A stretch of DNA of 64,000 nucleotides from a virus. Its lineage: Duplodnaviria; Caudoviricetes. Each line of letters opens with the position of its first letter. The first letter of the stretch is position 1. Under the pieces are notes generated by a model. It was given only the letters and a program-made list of their open reading frames with translations, was not told the DNA's origin and did no database searches. Location: the IMG/VR virus record IMGVR_UViG_2934897587_000001, positions 1,460-65,459 of that record; one strand, written 5' to 3'. Both the position numbers and the translations under genes were made by a program. This document shows positions 36,704 to 46,521 of this stretch, in pieces.

Positions 36704-38318
36704 CGACGGGGCCTGGCCGCTGGACTTCCCAACCCTGTACATCGTGCCGGACTGGATCGCCCAGCACTGCCGTTTGCGGTCGGTGGGCGGTGTGGACGCT
36801 ACGCCGCAGTTGTTCGAGATGTACGACTGGCAGTTGCGGTGTACCGCTCAGTTCTACCGGGTGCGCCCGGAGGCTGAGGTGGGGCAGCTGTCGACGGCGT
36901 TCCACTACCGCCGCGGGCAGGTCGTGGCGCCGCAGAAGAGCGGCAAGGGCCCGTGGACGGCAGGGATCACGGCGGCCGAGGCGGTCGGCCCCGTGCTGTT
37001 CGCCGGGTGGGCCAAGGGCGGGGAGCGGTACGACTGCCGGGCGCGGGGGTGCGGCTGCGGGTGGGTGTACGAGTACGAGCCGGGCGAGGCTATGGGGAGG
37101 CCCTGGTCGACGCCGCTTCTGCAGATCACCGCGACCAGCGAGCAGCAGACGGACAACGTCTATTTGCCGCTGCAGGCGATGATCCGCAGCGGGCCGCTCG
37201 CTGAGTTGATGCGGGTGGGCGAGGAGTTCATCCGCCTGCCGAACGGCGGCCGGATCGACGTCGTGACCAGCAGCGCGCAGTCCCGGCTGGGCAACCCGAT
37301 CACCTTCGCGATCCAGGACGAGACCGGCATCTGGACCGAGACGAACAAGATGACCAAGGTCGCGACGACGCAGCGGCGGGGCCTGGCTGGCATGTCGGGG
37401 CGGAGCCTGGAGACGACGAACGCGTGGGATCCGTCGGAGAACGCGGTGGCGCAGAAGACGGCCGAGACGAAGGTCACGGATGTCTACCGGTTCCACCGGC
37501 TGCCGCCGGGCGGGCTGTCGTTCACGAACAAGGCCGAGCGGCGCCGGATCCTGCAGCACGTCTACCGCGGGTCGCATCACATCGACCTGGACGCCATCGA
37601 TGGCGAGGCGGTCGAGTTGCTGGAGAAGGAACCGGCCGAGGCCGAGCGTTTCTACGGAAACAGGATCATCGCGGGCATGGGCACGTGGCTGCAGCAGGAT
37701 CGCTGGGAAGCTCGCGCGGAGGAGCGAGAAGTGCCGTCCGGAGGCCCGATCGTCCTTGGGTTCGATGGATCGGACGTGGACGACTGGACGGGGATCCGGG
37801 CGGAGACCCTCGATGGATTCCAGTTCACGCCGACCTACGGCCCCGACAGCCGGCCGACGATCTGGGATCCGGCCGACTGGGAAGGGCAGACGCCGAGGCT
37901 CGAAGTGGACGCGGCGATGGACGAGCTGTTCAAGCGCTTCGAAGTGGTGCGGATGTACGGAGACCCGCCGTACTGGGAGTCGGAGATGGACGCGTGGGCT
38001 GCCCGGTTCGGGGAGAAGCGGGTGGTGCGCTGGTACGCCTGGCGCGTCGTGCAGATGCATGCGGCGTGTGAGCGGCTGCTGACGGACGTCACGAAGAAGG
38101 GCAACGCGTTCCGTCATGACGGGTGCGAGACGACGTCTTTGCACATCCGGAACGCGCGGAAGGCGGCGCGGCCGTCGAACCGGTACGTACTCCGCAAGGC
38201 ATCCGTACACCAGAAGATCGACTTGGCGGTGTGCTCGATCCTCGCCCACGAGGCGGCTGGCGATGCCATCGCGGCGGGCGCGGGCAAGACGAAGCGGCGC
38301 CGTGGGCGCGGATTCTGA
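36690..38318 (+). CDS. terL: Terminase large subunit
   Basis: Walker A QKSGKG, Walker B AIQDE, nuclease LGFDGS..DD, KIDLAV. Confidence 0.95.
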   Translation: MVAADDGAWPLDFPTLYIVPDWIAQHCRLRSVGGVDATPQLFEMYDWQLRCTAQFYRVRPEAEVGQLSTAFHYRRGQVVAPQKSGKGPWTAGITAAEAVGPVLFAGWAKGGERYDCRARGCGCGWVYEYEPGEAMGRPWSTPLLQITATSEQQTDNVYLPLQAMIRSGPLAELMRVGEEFIRLPNGGRIDVVTSSAQSRLGNPITFAIQDETGIWTETNKMTKVATTQRRGLAGMSGRSLETTNAWDPSENAVAQKTAETKVTDVYRFHRLPPGGLSFTNKAERRRILQHVYRGSHHIDLDAIDGEAVELLEKEPAEAERFYGNRIIAGMGTWLQQDRWEARAEEREVPSGGPIVLGFDGSDVDDWTGIRAETLDGFQFTPTYGPDSRPTIWDPADWEGQTPRLEVDAAMDELFKRFEVVRMYGDPPYWESEMDAWAARFGEKRVVRWYAWRVVQMHAACERLLTDVTKKGNAFRHDGCETTSLHIRNARKAARPSNRYVLRKASVHQKIDLAVCSILAHEAAGDAIAAGAGKTKRRRGRGF

Positions 38319-38332
38319 CGAGAGGGGGCGGG

Positions 38333-39709
38333 ATGCCTCAGCCTGTTGTCCAGTCCCCGGAGTGGTGGCGTGATCGGCTGTACGCCGCGCTGTGCAAGCG
38401 GTCGGCGGAAACGCAGATCTTTGACGACTATTACGAGTGCGAGCACCCGCTCCCTTTCCTGCACGAGAAGGCGCGGGATCCGTTCCGGCGGTTGCTCAAG
38501 ATGTCCCGGGCGAACTACTGCGAACTGGTGGTGGACGCCTTCGTGGGACGGCTGGAGGTTGCGGGCTTCCAGTCGGACGTTGCGGGAGATGCGGACCGGG
38601 AGGCGTGGCAGCTCTGGCAGGACAACAACCTGGACGGCGGCAGCCAGCTCGCTTTTCTGGAGGCGGCGATCCGGGGCGAGGCGTACATGCTCGTGTCGCC
38701 TCCGGAAGGCCGGCGTAAGACGTGGCGGGTCACGCCGGAGCATCCGACGCAGGTCATCACGGAGGCCATGCCCGGCGAGCCGGGCGAGCTGGCGGCGGCG
38801 CTGAAGCTGTGGATGGACGACTGGACGGCGCGGCTGTGCTGCACGCTGTACCTGCCGGATCGGATCTACAAGTTCGACGCGCCCGAGCCGAGGATGGGTG
38901 GCCAGCCGCAGTGGCAGCACCGGGAGGTGACCGGTGAGGAGTGGGGCGGCCGCAATGTCCTGGGTGAGATTCCGTTCGGACAGATGGCCAACCGTCCGCG
39001 GATGCTGAAGCCCGGCGCTTCCGAGCTGCGGTCGGTGACGGGGATCCAGGATCGGACGAATAAGACGATCGCGGACCGAATGATGACGCAGGAGGCGGCT
39101 GCGTTCCCGCAGAAATGGGCCACGGGGATGGAGATCCCGGTGGATGAGAACGGTCAGGACATCGAGCCGTTCGACGTCGCCGTGAACAAGATCCTCATCG
39201 CTGAGGAAGCGGGCGCCAAGTTCGGCCAGTTCGCCGCGGCGGACCTGACCAGCTACCTCAAGGGGAAGCGCGAGGATGTCGAGGACATCGCGGCCATCAC
39301 GTCGACCCCGCCGCACTACCTGCTGGGGTCGATGATCAACCTGTCGGCGGAGGCGCTCAAGGCAGCCGAGGCAGGGCTGATCCACAAGATCTACGCTCGG
39401 CGCCGGTTCCTGGAAGAGGGGCTGGAGCGCACGATGCGACTGGCTGGCTTCGGGGCGTCGTCGGCGCGGATCGTGTGGAAGAGCCCGGAGTGGCGCACGG
39501 AAGGCGAACTGGTCGACGCCCTGGTGAAGATGAGCACCCTGGGTGTTCCCCGCGAGGTGCTGTGGGAGCGCTGGGGCGCGACGCCGCAGGAGATCGAACG
39601 GTGGCGGCAGCTGTCTGCGGACGCACTGACGCGGGCTATGGACGGGGATCTGGCGGCCGAGTACGGGCCCAAGCCGGAGCCGGCCGGGGCTGCCGCGGCT
39701 GGTGAGTGA
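38333..39709 (+). CDS. Portal protein (SPP1 gp6-like)
   Basis: Position after TerL; NYCELVVD, WQDNNLD, AFPQKW, NLSAEAL. Confidence 0.92.
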   Translation: MPQPVVQSPEWWRDRLYAALCKRSAETQIFDDYYECEHPLPFLHEKARDPFRRLLKMSRANYCELVVDAFVGRLEVAGFQSDVAGDADREAWQLWQDNNLDGGSQLAFLEAAIRGEAYMLVSPPEGRRKTWRVTPEHPTQVITEAMPGEPGELAAALKLWMDDWTARLCCTLYLPDRIYKFDAPEPRMGGQPQWQHREVTGEEWGGRNVLGEIPFGQMANRPRMLKPGASELRSVTGIQDRTNKTIADRMMTQEAAAFPQKWATGMEIPVDENGQDIEPFDVAVNKILIAEEAGAKFGQFAAADLTSYLKGKREDVEDIAAITSTPPHYLLGSMINLSAEALKAAEAGLIHKIYARRRFLEEGLERTMRLAGFGASSARIVWKSPEWRTEGELVDALVKMSTLGVPREVLWERWGATPQEIERWRQLSADALTRAMDGDLAAEYGPKPEPAGAAAAGE

Positions 39710-40713
39710 CCGTGCCGACTGCCGAGGAGGTGGCACGCGGGCATTACCAGCGGCAGCAGCTCATCGTCCGCCGCACAGCGGATCGGATGCAGGCGCTCTG
39801 GCACCGACTGGACGTCAAGGACCTGGACGGCTCCTGGCAGGCCGTCGCGGGCGGCATGGTCGCCACGGTCACTGCCGGGCAGCATGAGGCGGCGGCGCAG
39901 GCCGATCCGTATGTCGCGGCGGTGATCGCCGCTGACGGGTTGGACTCCGACCCGGGCGGCCAACTGGATGCCGGTGCATTCGCGGGCGTGGCGGCGGACG
40001 GCCGGCCCTTGAAGAGTCTGTTCTACGAGCCGGTCATCGACACGAAGTGGCGGTTGCAGCAGGCGGGCCAGTCGGCGGTCGAGTCGCTGCTGGGCGGGCT
40101 GGAGAAGCTGCTACGGGCCGCGGCTACGGAGGTGGCGGACGCGGGTCGGACTGCGGGGGGCGCGTCGATCGCGGGGAACCGGACGATCAACGGATACGTC
40201 CGGGTGGTCAACCCGCCTGCGTGCGCCCGGTGCATCATCCTGGCCGGCACCGAGTACGGCTGGAACGCGGGGTTCCAGCGGCACCCGAAATGCGACTGCG
40301 TCCACATGCCCGCACGACTGATCGCGCGGGGCCGACATCACCCGGGCGCGTTCGACGCGCAGAAGTACTTCACTTCGCTTTCGCACGCGGAGCAGAACCG
40401 GCTCTTCACGGTGGCTGGCGCGCAGGCGGTGCGCGATGGTGCATCTCTGTCGAGCGTGGTGAATGCTCGCCGCGGCATGTACACCGCGGACTCGTACGGG
40501 CGCACTGTGCGGGCCACGCGGGAGTCGACGACCCGTCGGGGCCAGTGGTACCGGGCGGAGCGTCAACGCGCGATCCAGCGGGGCTTGGTGCCCCGCTCGG
40601 GCCGGGGCTTCCGGCTCACGTCTCCGCGGCTGCTGCCGGAGGAGATCTACCGACTGGCCGGCGACCGCAGCGAGGCCATCGCCATGCTGCGGCGCTTCGG
40701 CTATCTCCACTGA
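39706..40713 (+). CDS. MuF-like minor head protein
   Basis: ACARC..LAG, FQRHPKCDC. Confidence 0.85.
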   Translation: MTVPTAEEVARGHYQRQQLIVRRTADRMQALWHRLDVKDLDGSWQAVAGGMVATVTAGQHEAAAQADPYVAAVIAADGLDSDPGGQLDAGAFAGVAADGRPLKSLFYEPVIDTKWRLQQAGQSAVESLLGGLEKLLRAAATEVADAGRTAGGASIAGNRTINGYVRVVNPPACARCIILAGTEYGWNAGFQRHPKCDCVHMPARLIARGRHHPGAFDAQKYFTSLSHAEQNRLFTVAGAQAVRDGASLSSVVNARRGMYTADSYGRTVRATRESTTRRGQWYRAERQRAIQRGLVPRSGRGFRLTSPRLLPEEIYRLAGDRSEAIAMLRRFGYLH

Positions 40714-40761
40714 CTGCGCGGAACGCGCAGCAGCCGATCCGTCCCGAAACGGGAGTTCCAC

Positions 40762-41316
40762 ATGTCTGAGACCAGCACCGAATCCCCGGCTGAGCCGGCA
40801 GAGCCGAGCGGCGAGCAGAAGCCCGAAACGGGCAGCGAGCCGACCGCCGAGCAGCGCCTGGCCGCTCTCGAAGCCGAGCGCGACAAGTGGCAGGGCCTGT
40901 CCCGCAAGAACGAGGAGCGGGCCAAGACCAATGCCGATAAGGCGAAGCGGTTCGACGAACTCGAAGCGGCGTCCAAGAGCGACCTGGAGAAGGCCAACGA
41001 GCGGGCTACCGCGGCCGAGGGCCGTGTGTCTGCGCTGACGCAGCGGGCCGTACGGGCTGAGGTGAAGGCGCTCGCAGCCGCGAAGTTCGCTGATCCGTCG
41101 GACGCCGCGGCGTTCCTCCACCTCGGCGAGTACGTGGACGACGAGGGCGACATCGACACCAAGGGCATCGAGAAGGCGCTGGCGGACCTGATCAAAGCCA
41201 AGCCGCACCTTGCCCGCCAGGAAGCCGCTCCGTCCTTCGACGGCGGCGCCCGCAAGACGGCGGGGAAGCCCGCGTCCATGAACGACCTGATCCGCCAAGC
41301 GGCGGCGGGTTCCTAG
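40762..41316 (+). CDS. Capsid scaffolding protein
   Basis: Acidic N-terminus, coiled coil, KPHLA, MNDLIR end; before MCP. Confidence 0.85.
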   Translation: MSETSTESPAEPAEPSGEQKPETGSEPTAEQRLAALEAERDKWQGLSRKNEERAKTNADKAKRFDELEAASKSDLEKANERATAAEGRVSALTQRAVRAEVKALAAAKFADPSDAAAFLHLGEYVDDEGDIDTKGIEKALADLIKAKPHLARQEAAPSFDGGARKTAGKPASMNDLIRQAAAGS

Positions 41317-41373
41317 TACACGTCCGGCCCGGCTCGACCGGCCGGCCATTCCAAGGAAAGGCAGGCAACAGCC

Positions 41374-42336
41374 GTGGCCTATAACAATGTCACCAGCCGC
41401 ACCGACGCGGCCGCACTCATTCCCGAGGACGTCTCCAAGGAGATGCTGGGGAAGGCCGTGGAGGAGTCCGCGGCCCTGAAGATGTTCAAGCGCGTCCCGG
41501 TTGCCCGCGGGCAGCTGCGGCTGCCGATCCTCTCGGCACTGCCGGTGGCCTACTGGGTGTCGGGCGACACCGGTCTGAAGCAGACCACCGAGGTTAACTG
41601 GGCGAACAAGTTCCTCAACATCGAGGAGATGGCCACGATCGTCCCGTTCCCGGACAACGTCCTTGCGGACACGGACGCCGATCTGTGGGACGAGGCTGAG
41701 CCGCTGGTGCGGGAGGCGTTCGGCCGGCTGCTCGACTCCACCATCTTCTTCGGGACCAACGCGCCGTCCAGCTTCCCGACCAACATCCTGTCGGCGGCCA
41801 CCGCTGCGGGGAACAGCGTCAATGAGGGCAGCACCGCCGCTCAGGGTGGGTTCTTCGGCGACATCGACAAGGTGTACCAGGCCGTCGAGGGCGACGGCTT
41901 CGAGGTCAACGGCTTCGTGGCGGCGACCTCCGCCAAGTCGAAGCTGCGCATGGCGCGAGACACGCAGGGGCGCAAGCTCGACGACATGCGTGCCGGGGGC
42001 GACCTACGGACCCTCGACGGATACCCGATCGAGTACGCCATGAAGGGCATGTTCCCCCTCGCCGGCGGCGCCGGCGTGGATGGCGTTCGCCTGTTCGCGG
42101 GCGACTGGTCGGAGTTCGTGATCGGTGTCCGTTCGGACATCTCGATGAAGATCCTCGACCAGGCCGTCATTCAGGACAACACGGGCGCGATCATCTACAA
42201 CCTCGCGCAGCAGGACATGACCGCCGTCCGCCTCACGTTCCGAGTGGGCTGGCAGGTCAGCAACCGGATCAACAACGAGCAGCCCACCGAGGCGTCCCGG
42301 TACCCGGTTGGCGTCCTCAAGACCGTCGGCGCCTGA
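41374..42336 (+). CDS. Major capsid protein (HK97 fold)
   Basis: LIPEDVS, AYWV, FAGDWS, NLAQQDM.AVR..FRVGW. Confidence 0.95.
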   Translation: MAYNNVTSRTDAAALIPEDVSKEMLGKAVEESAALKMFKRVPVARGQLRLPILSALPVAYWVSGDTGLKQTTEVNWANKFLNIEEMATIVPFPDNVLADTDADLWDEAEPLVREAFGRLLDSTIFFGTNAPSSFPTNILSAATAAGNSVNEGSTAAQGGFFGDIDKVYQAVEGDGFEVNGFVAATSAKSKLRMARDTQGRKLDDMRAGGDLRTLDGYPIEYAMKGMFPLAGGAGVDGVRLFAGDWSEFVIGVRSDISMKILDQAVIQDNTGAIIYNLAQQDMTAVRLTFRVGWQVSNRINNEQPTEASRYPVGVLKTVGA

Positions 42337-42354
42337 TCGGGCAAGGAGAGAATC

Positions 42355-42762
42355 ATGGGAGACACTGCACCCTTCGTGCGGGTCGTTGAGGCCGATGTAC
42401 CGGCCATCGGCACCGCGGGGAACGACGATGACACGGTGGTGTTTCAGGCCCCGTTCGACTGCACCGTGACGGCCGTCGAGTACATACCAGAGTCCGCGAT
42501 CACCGGGGCTGACACCAACAGCCGCACCGTGTCCCTGGTGAACAAGGGGCAGGCCGGCTCCGGCGCGACGACTGTGGCATCCCTCGCGCTGACCAACGGC
42601 GTGAACGCCACGGCGTACAACGAGAAGCCCGTCACCCTGTCCGGCACCGCCGCGAACCTCGTGCTTGCGGCCGGGGACACCGTCCAGTGGCGGTCCGTAC
42701 ACGTGGGCACTGGGATCACCGACCCGGGCGGGCTCGTCCGCGTCACCCTCTCTCGGAACTAG
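42355..42762 (+). CDS. Putative capsid decoration protein (beta-sandwich)
   Basis: Thr/Val/Gly-rich, immediately after MCP. Confidence 0.65.
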   Translation: MGDTAPFVRVVEADVPAIGTAGNDDDTVVFQAPFDCTVTAVEYIPESAITGADTNSRTVSLVNKGQAGSGATTVASLALTNGVNATAYNEKPVTLSGTAANLVLAAGDTVQWRSVHVGTGITDPGGLVRVTLSRN

Positions 42763-42765
42763 GAG

Positions 42766-43023
42766 GTGGCCCCCGTGGCCGCAGCACGATCCAGCAAGCC
42801 GGCCGACGAGCCGAAGAACCAGGACGCCCCGCCGGACGACGAAGTGGCGAAGGAGGTCCAGCGCGCCACGGACAAGGCGCAGGAGCAGGGCTTCTTTGGG
42901 GTCGAGACGGACCCGACACCGAACGCGCACTACACCGTGGCTGGGGTGGTCGCTGGCAAGCCGACGCCGGAGACGGACCCGGAGGCGGCTGAGGCCGCCC
43001 GCCGGGCCGCGCTCGGGCAGTGA
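42766..43023 (+). CDS. Small head-associated hypothetical protein
   Basis: AGGAGG RBS; GFFGVETDPTPN.HYTV. Confidence 0.7.
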   Translation: MAPVAAARSSKPADEPKNQDAPPDDEVAKEVQRATDKAQEQGFFGVETDPTPNAHYTVAGVVAGKPTPETDPEAAEAARRAALGQ

Positions 43024-43035
43024 GGGGAGGCCGCC

Positions 43036-43620
43036 GTGGCTGCTCTACCGGCGTTCGCGACGGCGGCCGACCTCGCCGCCGTCACCCAGTCCGACATCAG
43101 TACCGCCGCGGCTGATCTGGCTCTGGCGTCCGCCTCGGCGGTGGTCCGGAGCTGGACGCGGCAGACGATCACGCGCGTGGTGGACGACGTGGCCACGCTG
43201 CGGGTGCTCGACGAGTGCGAGCTGATCCTGCCGCAGCGGCCCGTCGAGTCGGTGTCGCGCGTGCGGGTGCACTCGCTGACGCTGCTGGACTGGGTCCTCT
43301 CTGGTGACCGGCTGCTGCGCACGGGCGGGTGGCGGCGGCTGCCCGGGACCACGACCTACCCGGACCCGGGCCTGGTGGAGGTCACCTACACGCATGGGTG
43401 GGCGGAGGTGCCGGATGACGTCCGGGCGGTCTGCCTCGACCTGGCCTCGATGTCCGTCACGAATCCGGGCTGGCTGCGCGAGACGTCCGACACGATCGAC
43501 GACTATCAGCGGCGCCGCGTGTTCGCCTCGGAGTCCCTGGGCTCCGGCACGCTCTCGGAGGCGCATCGGGTGATGCTGGCGCCGTACCGGCGGAGGATCG
43601 GCACGGTGGCACTGCGATGA
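43036..43620 (+). CDS. Head-to-tail adaptor
   Basis: FATAADL, LPQRPV, VTYTHGW..VPDDV. Confidence 0.85.
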   Translation: MAALPAFATAADLAAVTQSDISTAAADLALASASAVVRSWTRQTITRVVDDVATLRVLDECELILPQRPVESVSRVRVHSLTLLDWVLSGDRLLRTGGWRRLPGTTTYPDPGLVEVTYTHGWAEVPDDVRAVCLDLASMSVTNPGWLRETSDTIDDYQRRRVFASESLGSGTLSEAHRVMLAPYRRRIGTVALR

Positions 43621-44027
43621 GCGAGTTGGACGCGCTGCTGGCTGCTGGCCGGGCGGCGGCCGGGGAGCTGATGCGGGAGACGATCACGATCCGCGCGGCC
43701 GCGGCGGGCGGGTTCGACTGGGAGTCCGGCACCGATACGCCTGGCACGGGTGAGGTGCTGTACACGGGCAGGGCCCGGGTGAAGCCGGTCGCGAGGAGCC
43801 GCGGCGAGGAAGTCGACGCGGGCGAGACCAACGTGACGTTGAAGGAGTACACGATCAGCGTGCCGTGGGATTCGCCGGCGCCGCCTGAGCGGGTGGTGCC
43901 GGGGGCGACGGTGGACGTGGATGCGTCGCCGGATGCACGGCTGGTGGGGCTGCGGCTGTGGGTGACGGGTGTCGAGTACGGGTCCACGGCGACGGCGTGG
44001 CGGATCACGGCGGAGGACAGGTCATGA
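43617..44027 (+). CDS. Head-tail stopper/closure protein (DUF6093-like)
   Basis: GRAAA..LM, LYTGRARV, TAWR. Confidence 0.8.
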   Translation: MSELDALLAAGRAAAGELMRETITIRAAAAGGFDWESGTDTPGTGEVLYTGRARVKPVARSRGEEVDAGETNVTLKEYTISVPWDSPAPPERVVPGATVDVDASPDARLVGLRLWVTGVEYGSTATAWRITAEDRS

Positions 44028-44413
44028 CGAGGGCTGATGTTCGGCAGCTGACGCGGACGGCGCTGGTGTTCCAGCGGAGTGCTGCGGATGCTGCGCAGGA
44101 GATGACGCGGGTGGTTACCCGTGGGGCGCTGAACGTGAAGAACGGGTGGCGTGACAATGCGCTGGCCTCGGCGGGCCGGCACGCGAGGCACTACCCGCGG
44201 GCGATCTCGTACGACGTGCATCCGATCCCGGGTGGCGCGCATGCGGAGATCGGCCCGGACAAGGGGCGCGTTCAGGGTGCGTTGGGCAACCTGCTGGAGT
44301 TCGGCAGCGTGCACAACGCTCCGCACAACGATGGTGGGCGGGCGCTGGCTGTGGAGGATCCGCGGTTCGTGGCGGCCACGCTGGCGGTGACTCTCCGGAT
44401 GCCTTGGCGATGA
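44024..44413 (+). CDS. HK97 gp10-like neck protein
   Basis: AEIGPDK..QGALGNLLEFGS. Confidence 0.8.
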   Translation: MTRADVRQLTRTALVFQRSAADAAQEMTRVVTRGALNVKNGWRDNALASAGRHARHYPRAISYDVHPIPGGAHAEIGPDKGRVQGALGNLLEFGSVHNAPHNDGGRALAVEDPRFVAATLAVTLRMPWR

Positions 44414-44814
44414 CGACGGCTCCGGACATAGGACCCCACCTGGATGCGGTGGTGGGTGCGCTGGAGGGCGCAGGGCTGGCGGTGGGGCAGGGTGGCGCCC
44501 CATCGCCGGTGCCCGCCAGCAAGCGGTACGCCGCCGTGTACTTCGACCCGGGGGTGGTCGGTCGGGAGTCCCTGGCCGATCGCCGTACCGACCTGGCTCT
44601 GCTGTTCCAGGTGACGTGTGTGGGGCCGACGGCTGAGCAGTGCCTCTGGGTGGCGCAGCAGGTCCGTAAGGCGCTGTACGGGCAGCTTGTCGTGGCCGAG
44701 CGTGCAGCGTTCCGGCCCGAGGAACTGGGCGGCCCACCGGTCGCCCGGGACGACGACGTGAGCCCGCCCTTGTATTTCCTGCCGGTGCAGTACCGGCTGC
44801 AATCAACTGCCTGA
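44410..44814 (+). CDS. Tail terminator
   Basis: Synteny; FQVTCVG...RDDDVSPPLY. Confidence 0.75.
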   Translation: MTTAPDIGPHLDAVVGALEGAGLAVGQGGAPSPVPASKRYAAVYFDPGVVGRESLADRRTDLALLFQVTCVGPTAEQCLWVAQQVRKALYGQLVVAERAAFRPEELGGPPVARDDDVSPPLYFLPVQYRLQSTA

Positions 44815-44823
44815 GGAGGCACC

Positions 44824-45153
44824 ATGGCGACTCTCACCACGCAGGCCGTTGGACTGGCCGGCATCAATCCCACGTATGCCACGGCGGCTGGCGGTGGCGA
44901 CAAGGTGGCTCCGGGGGACCGGAGCTTCATCCATGTGAAGAACGGCAGCGGTAGCAGCGTCACCGTGACGCTGACGGCCACCGCGAGTTACCGGGGGCAG
45001 GCCGTCGGCAACGTCACCGTTTCCGTTCCCGCCAGCGGTGAGCGGATGATCGGTCCGCTCACGGGCGATCTGCTGGCCGGCGTGAGCGATGGCCTGGTGG
45101 CCGTCGGCTACAGCTCCGCCACGTCCGTCACGATCGCCTCGCTGCGCATCTGA
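44824..45153 (+). CDS. Small beta-rich virion protein
   Basis: GGAGG RBS; HVKNGSGSSVTVT. Confidence 0.7.
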   Translation: MATLTTQAVGLAGINPTYATAAGGGDKVAPGDRSFIHVKNGSGSSVTVTLTATASYRGQAVGNVTVSVPASGERMIGPLTGDLLAGVSDGLVAVGYSSATSVTIASLRI

Positions 45154-45172
45154 CCGTCTCATCCCCCTGCTC

Positions 45173-45198
45173 GCCCCGCCCCTGATCGGGGCTTTTTT
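45173..45198 (+). terminator. Rho-independent terminator
   Basis: gccccg/cggggc plus TTTTTT. Confidence 0.75.
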
Positions 45199-45218
45199 CA
45201 TGCCCTGAGGAGGGCCCC

Positions 45219-45698
45219 ATGTCCGATCTGATCTCTGATGGCAAGACCAAGGTGGTCTGGGCCAGCTCGCTGTCCAGCCAGACCGCGCCGACCGCAGCCG
45301 AGCTGAACGCTCTGGCCGACTACACCAGCCGCATCACCCCGGACGGCCTGAAAATTGATCCGGACACCGCGGATGTCGACACCAGCTCGCTGGCCAGCCG
45401 CTTTGACACCGCCGAGGTCGGCCGGACGAAGTTTGACATCGAGCTGACGTTCAAGCGCGGCACGACCACGCAGGAGGAACTGCCGTGGACCACTCTCACC
45501 TATGGCACTCACGGTGTCCTGATCGTGCGCCGTGGCATTGACTTCGAGACGGCTTTCGCGGCTGGCCAGAACGTTGAGGTCTACTCGGTGGCGTGCGGTG
45601 AGCCTGCGTCGGCACCGCCGGCCGCGAACGAGGTCAGCAAGTTCGTCAGCAAGATGCTGCTGACCAACGCCCCGACGACCCGCGCGGTGGTGGCGTAG
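45219..45698 (+). CDS. Major tail protein
   Basis: DGKTKVVW...APTAAELN...LIVRRG...GQNVEVY. Confidence 0.88.
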   Translation: MSDLISDGKTKVVWASSLSSQTAPTAAELNALADYTSRITPDGLKIDPDTADVDTSSLASRFDTAEVGRTKFDIELTFKRGTTTQEELPWTTLTYGTHGVLIVRRGIDFETAFAAGQNVEVYSVACGEPASAPPAANEVSKFVSKMLLTNAPTTRAVVA

Positions 45699-46213
45699 TG
45701 CCCGACATCACCGAGATTCTGAAGCGTGCGAGGCCGCGGGAGCGGTCCGTGACGCTGTGTCTCGCGGGGGACGAGGCGGCCGAGGTGGAGCGGCTGGAAA
45801 GGCAGCTCGCTGAACTGTCGGACACCTGGCAGCCGGACAGTCTCGGGGCGAAGGACCCGAGCGAGGCCCTGGCGAAAAAGATCAAGGCCGCGCGGGACCG
45901 GATGCGTAAGAGCGAGGTGGAGTTCCGGTTCCGGGCGCTCGGCGAGAAGGTCTGGTCTGACCTGCTCGCGGCGCATCCGGGCGGGAAGGGGCAGTCGTTC
46001 GACCCGGATACGTTTCCGAAGGCGTTGATCTCGGCTGCTGCGATTGAGCCGGCCATGACGCCGGACCAGGTGGTGGAACTCTTCGAGGTGCTCAACGAGG
46101 GCCAGCGCCAGGACCTTTGGCAGGCCGCCTTCGAGGTGAACACGGAGGCGACCAGCATCCCTTTCTCTGTGAGCGCCTCCGGGATCTTCAACTCCCTTTC
46201 CGACGGGAAGTAG
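45698..46213 (+). CDS. Tail assembly chaperone (G)
   Basis: Between MTP and TMP; FRFRALG...L.AHP. Confidence 0.85.
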   Translation: MPDITEILKRARPRERSVTLCLAGDEAAEVERLERQLAELSDTWQPDSLGAKDPSEALAKKIKAARDRMRKSEVEFRFRALGEKVWSDLLAAHPGGKGQSFDPDTFPKALISAAAIEPAMTPDQVVELFEVLNEGQRQDLWQAAFEVNTEATSIPFSVSASGIFNSLSDGK

Positions 46214-46521
46214 AAACCGCCCGAGCTTGGGGTGTCCCACGCTCCATCTTCATGGGGCGCCCCATGCCGGGGCCGGGCGAGGTGCTGTGGACCGACGAAG
46301 ACCGCGCTTGGGCGCTGGCGCTCGCCGAGGTGGAGCGGGACTGCTGCCCGGACTGCGGACAGCCGTGGAGTGAAGCGGCTGACGAGAAGAACGAATTCGC
46401 GTACAAGGCCGAGTTGCTGCGCTGTCATGCGTGCGCGACCGGCGCCCGGGAGTCCCACCGCCACCAGCGGGCGGGGGGTGACGACCGAGGCATTCACGTC
46501 TCGATTTCGAAACGGGGGTGA
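46159..46521 (+). CDS. Tail assembly chaperone GT extension via -1 frameshift
   Basis: In-frame slippery heptamer C-CCT-TTC at 46159-46165; -1 frame open to 46521 (WTDEDRAWALA...CPDCG). Confidence 0.75.
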   Translation, partial: PFLCERLRDLQLPFRREVETARAWGVPRSIFMGRPMPGPGEVLWTDEDRAWALALAEVERDCCPDCGQPWSEAADEKNEFAYKAELLRCHACATGARESHRHQRAGGDDRGIHVSISKRG

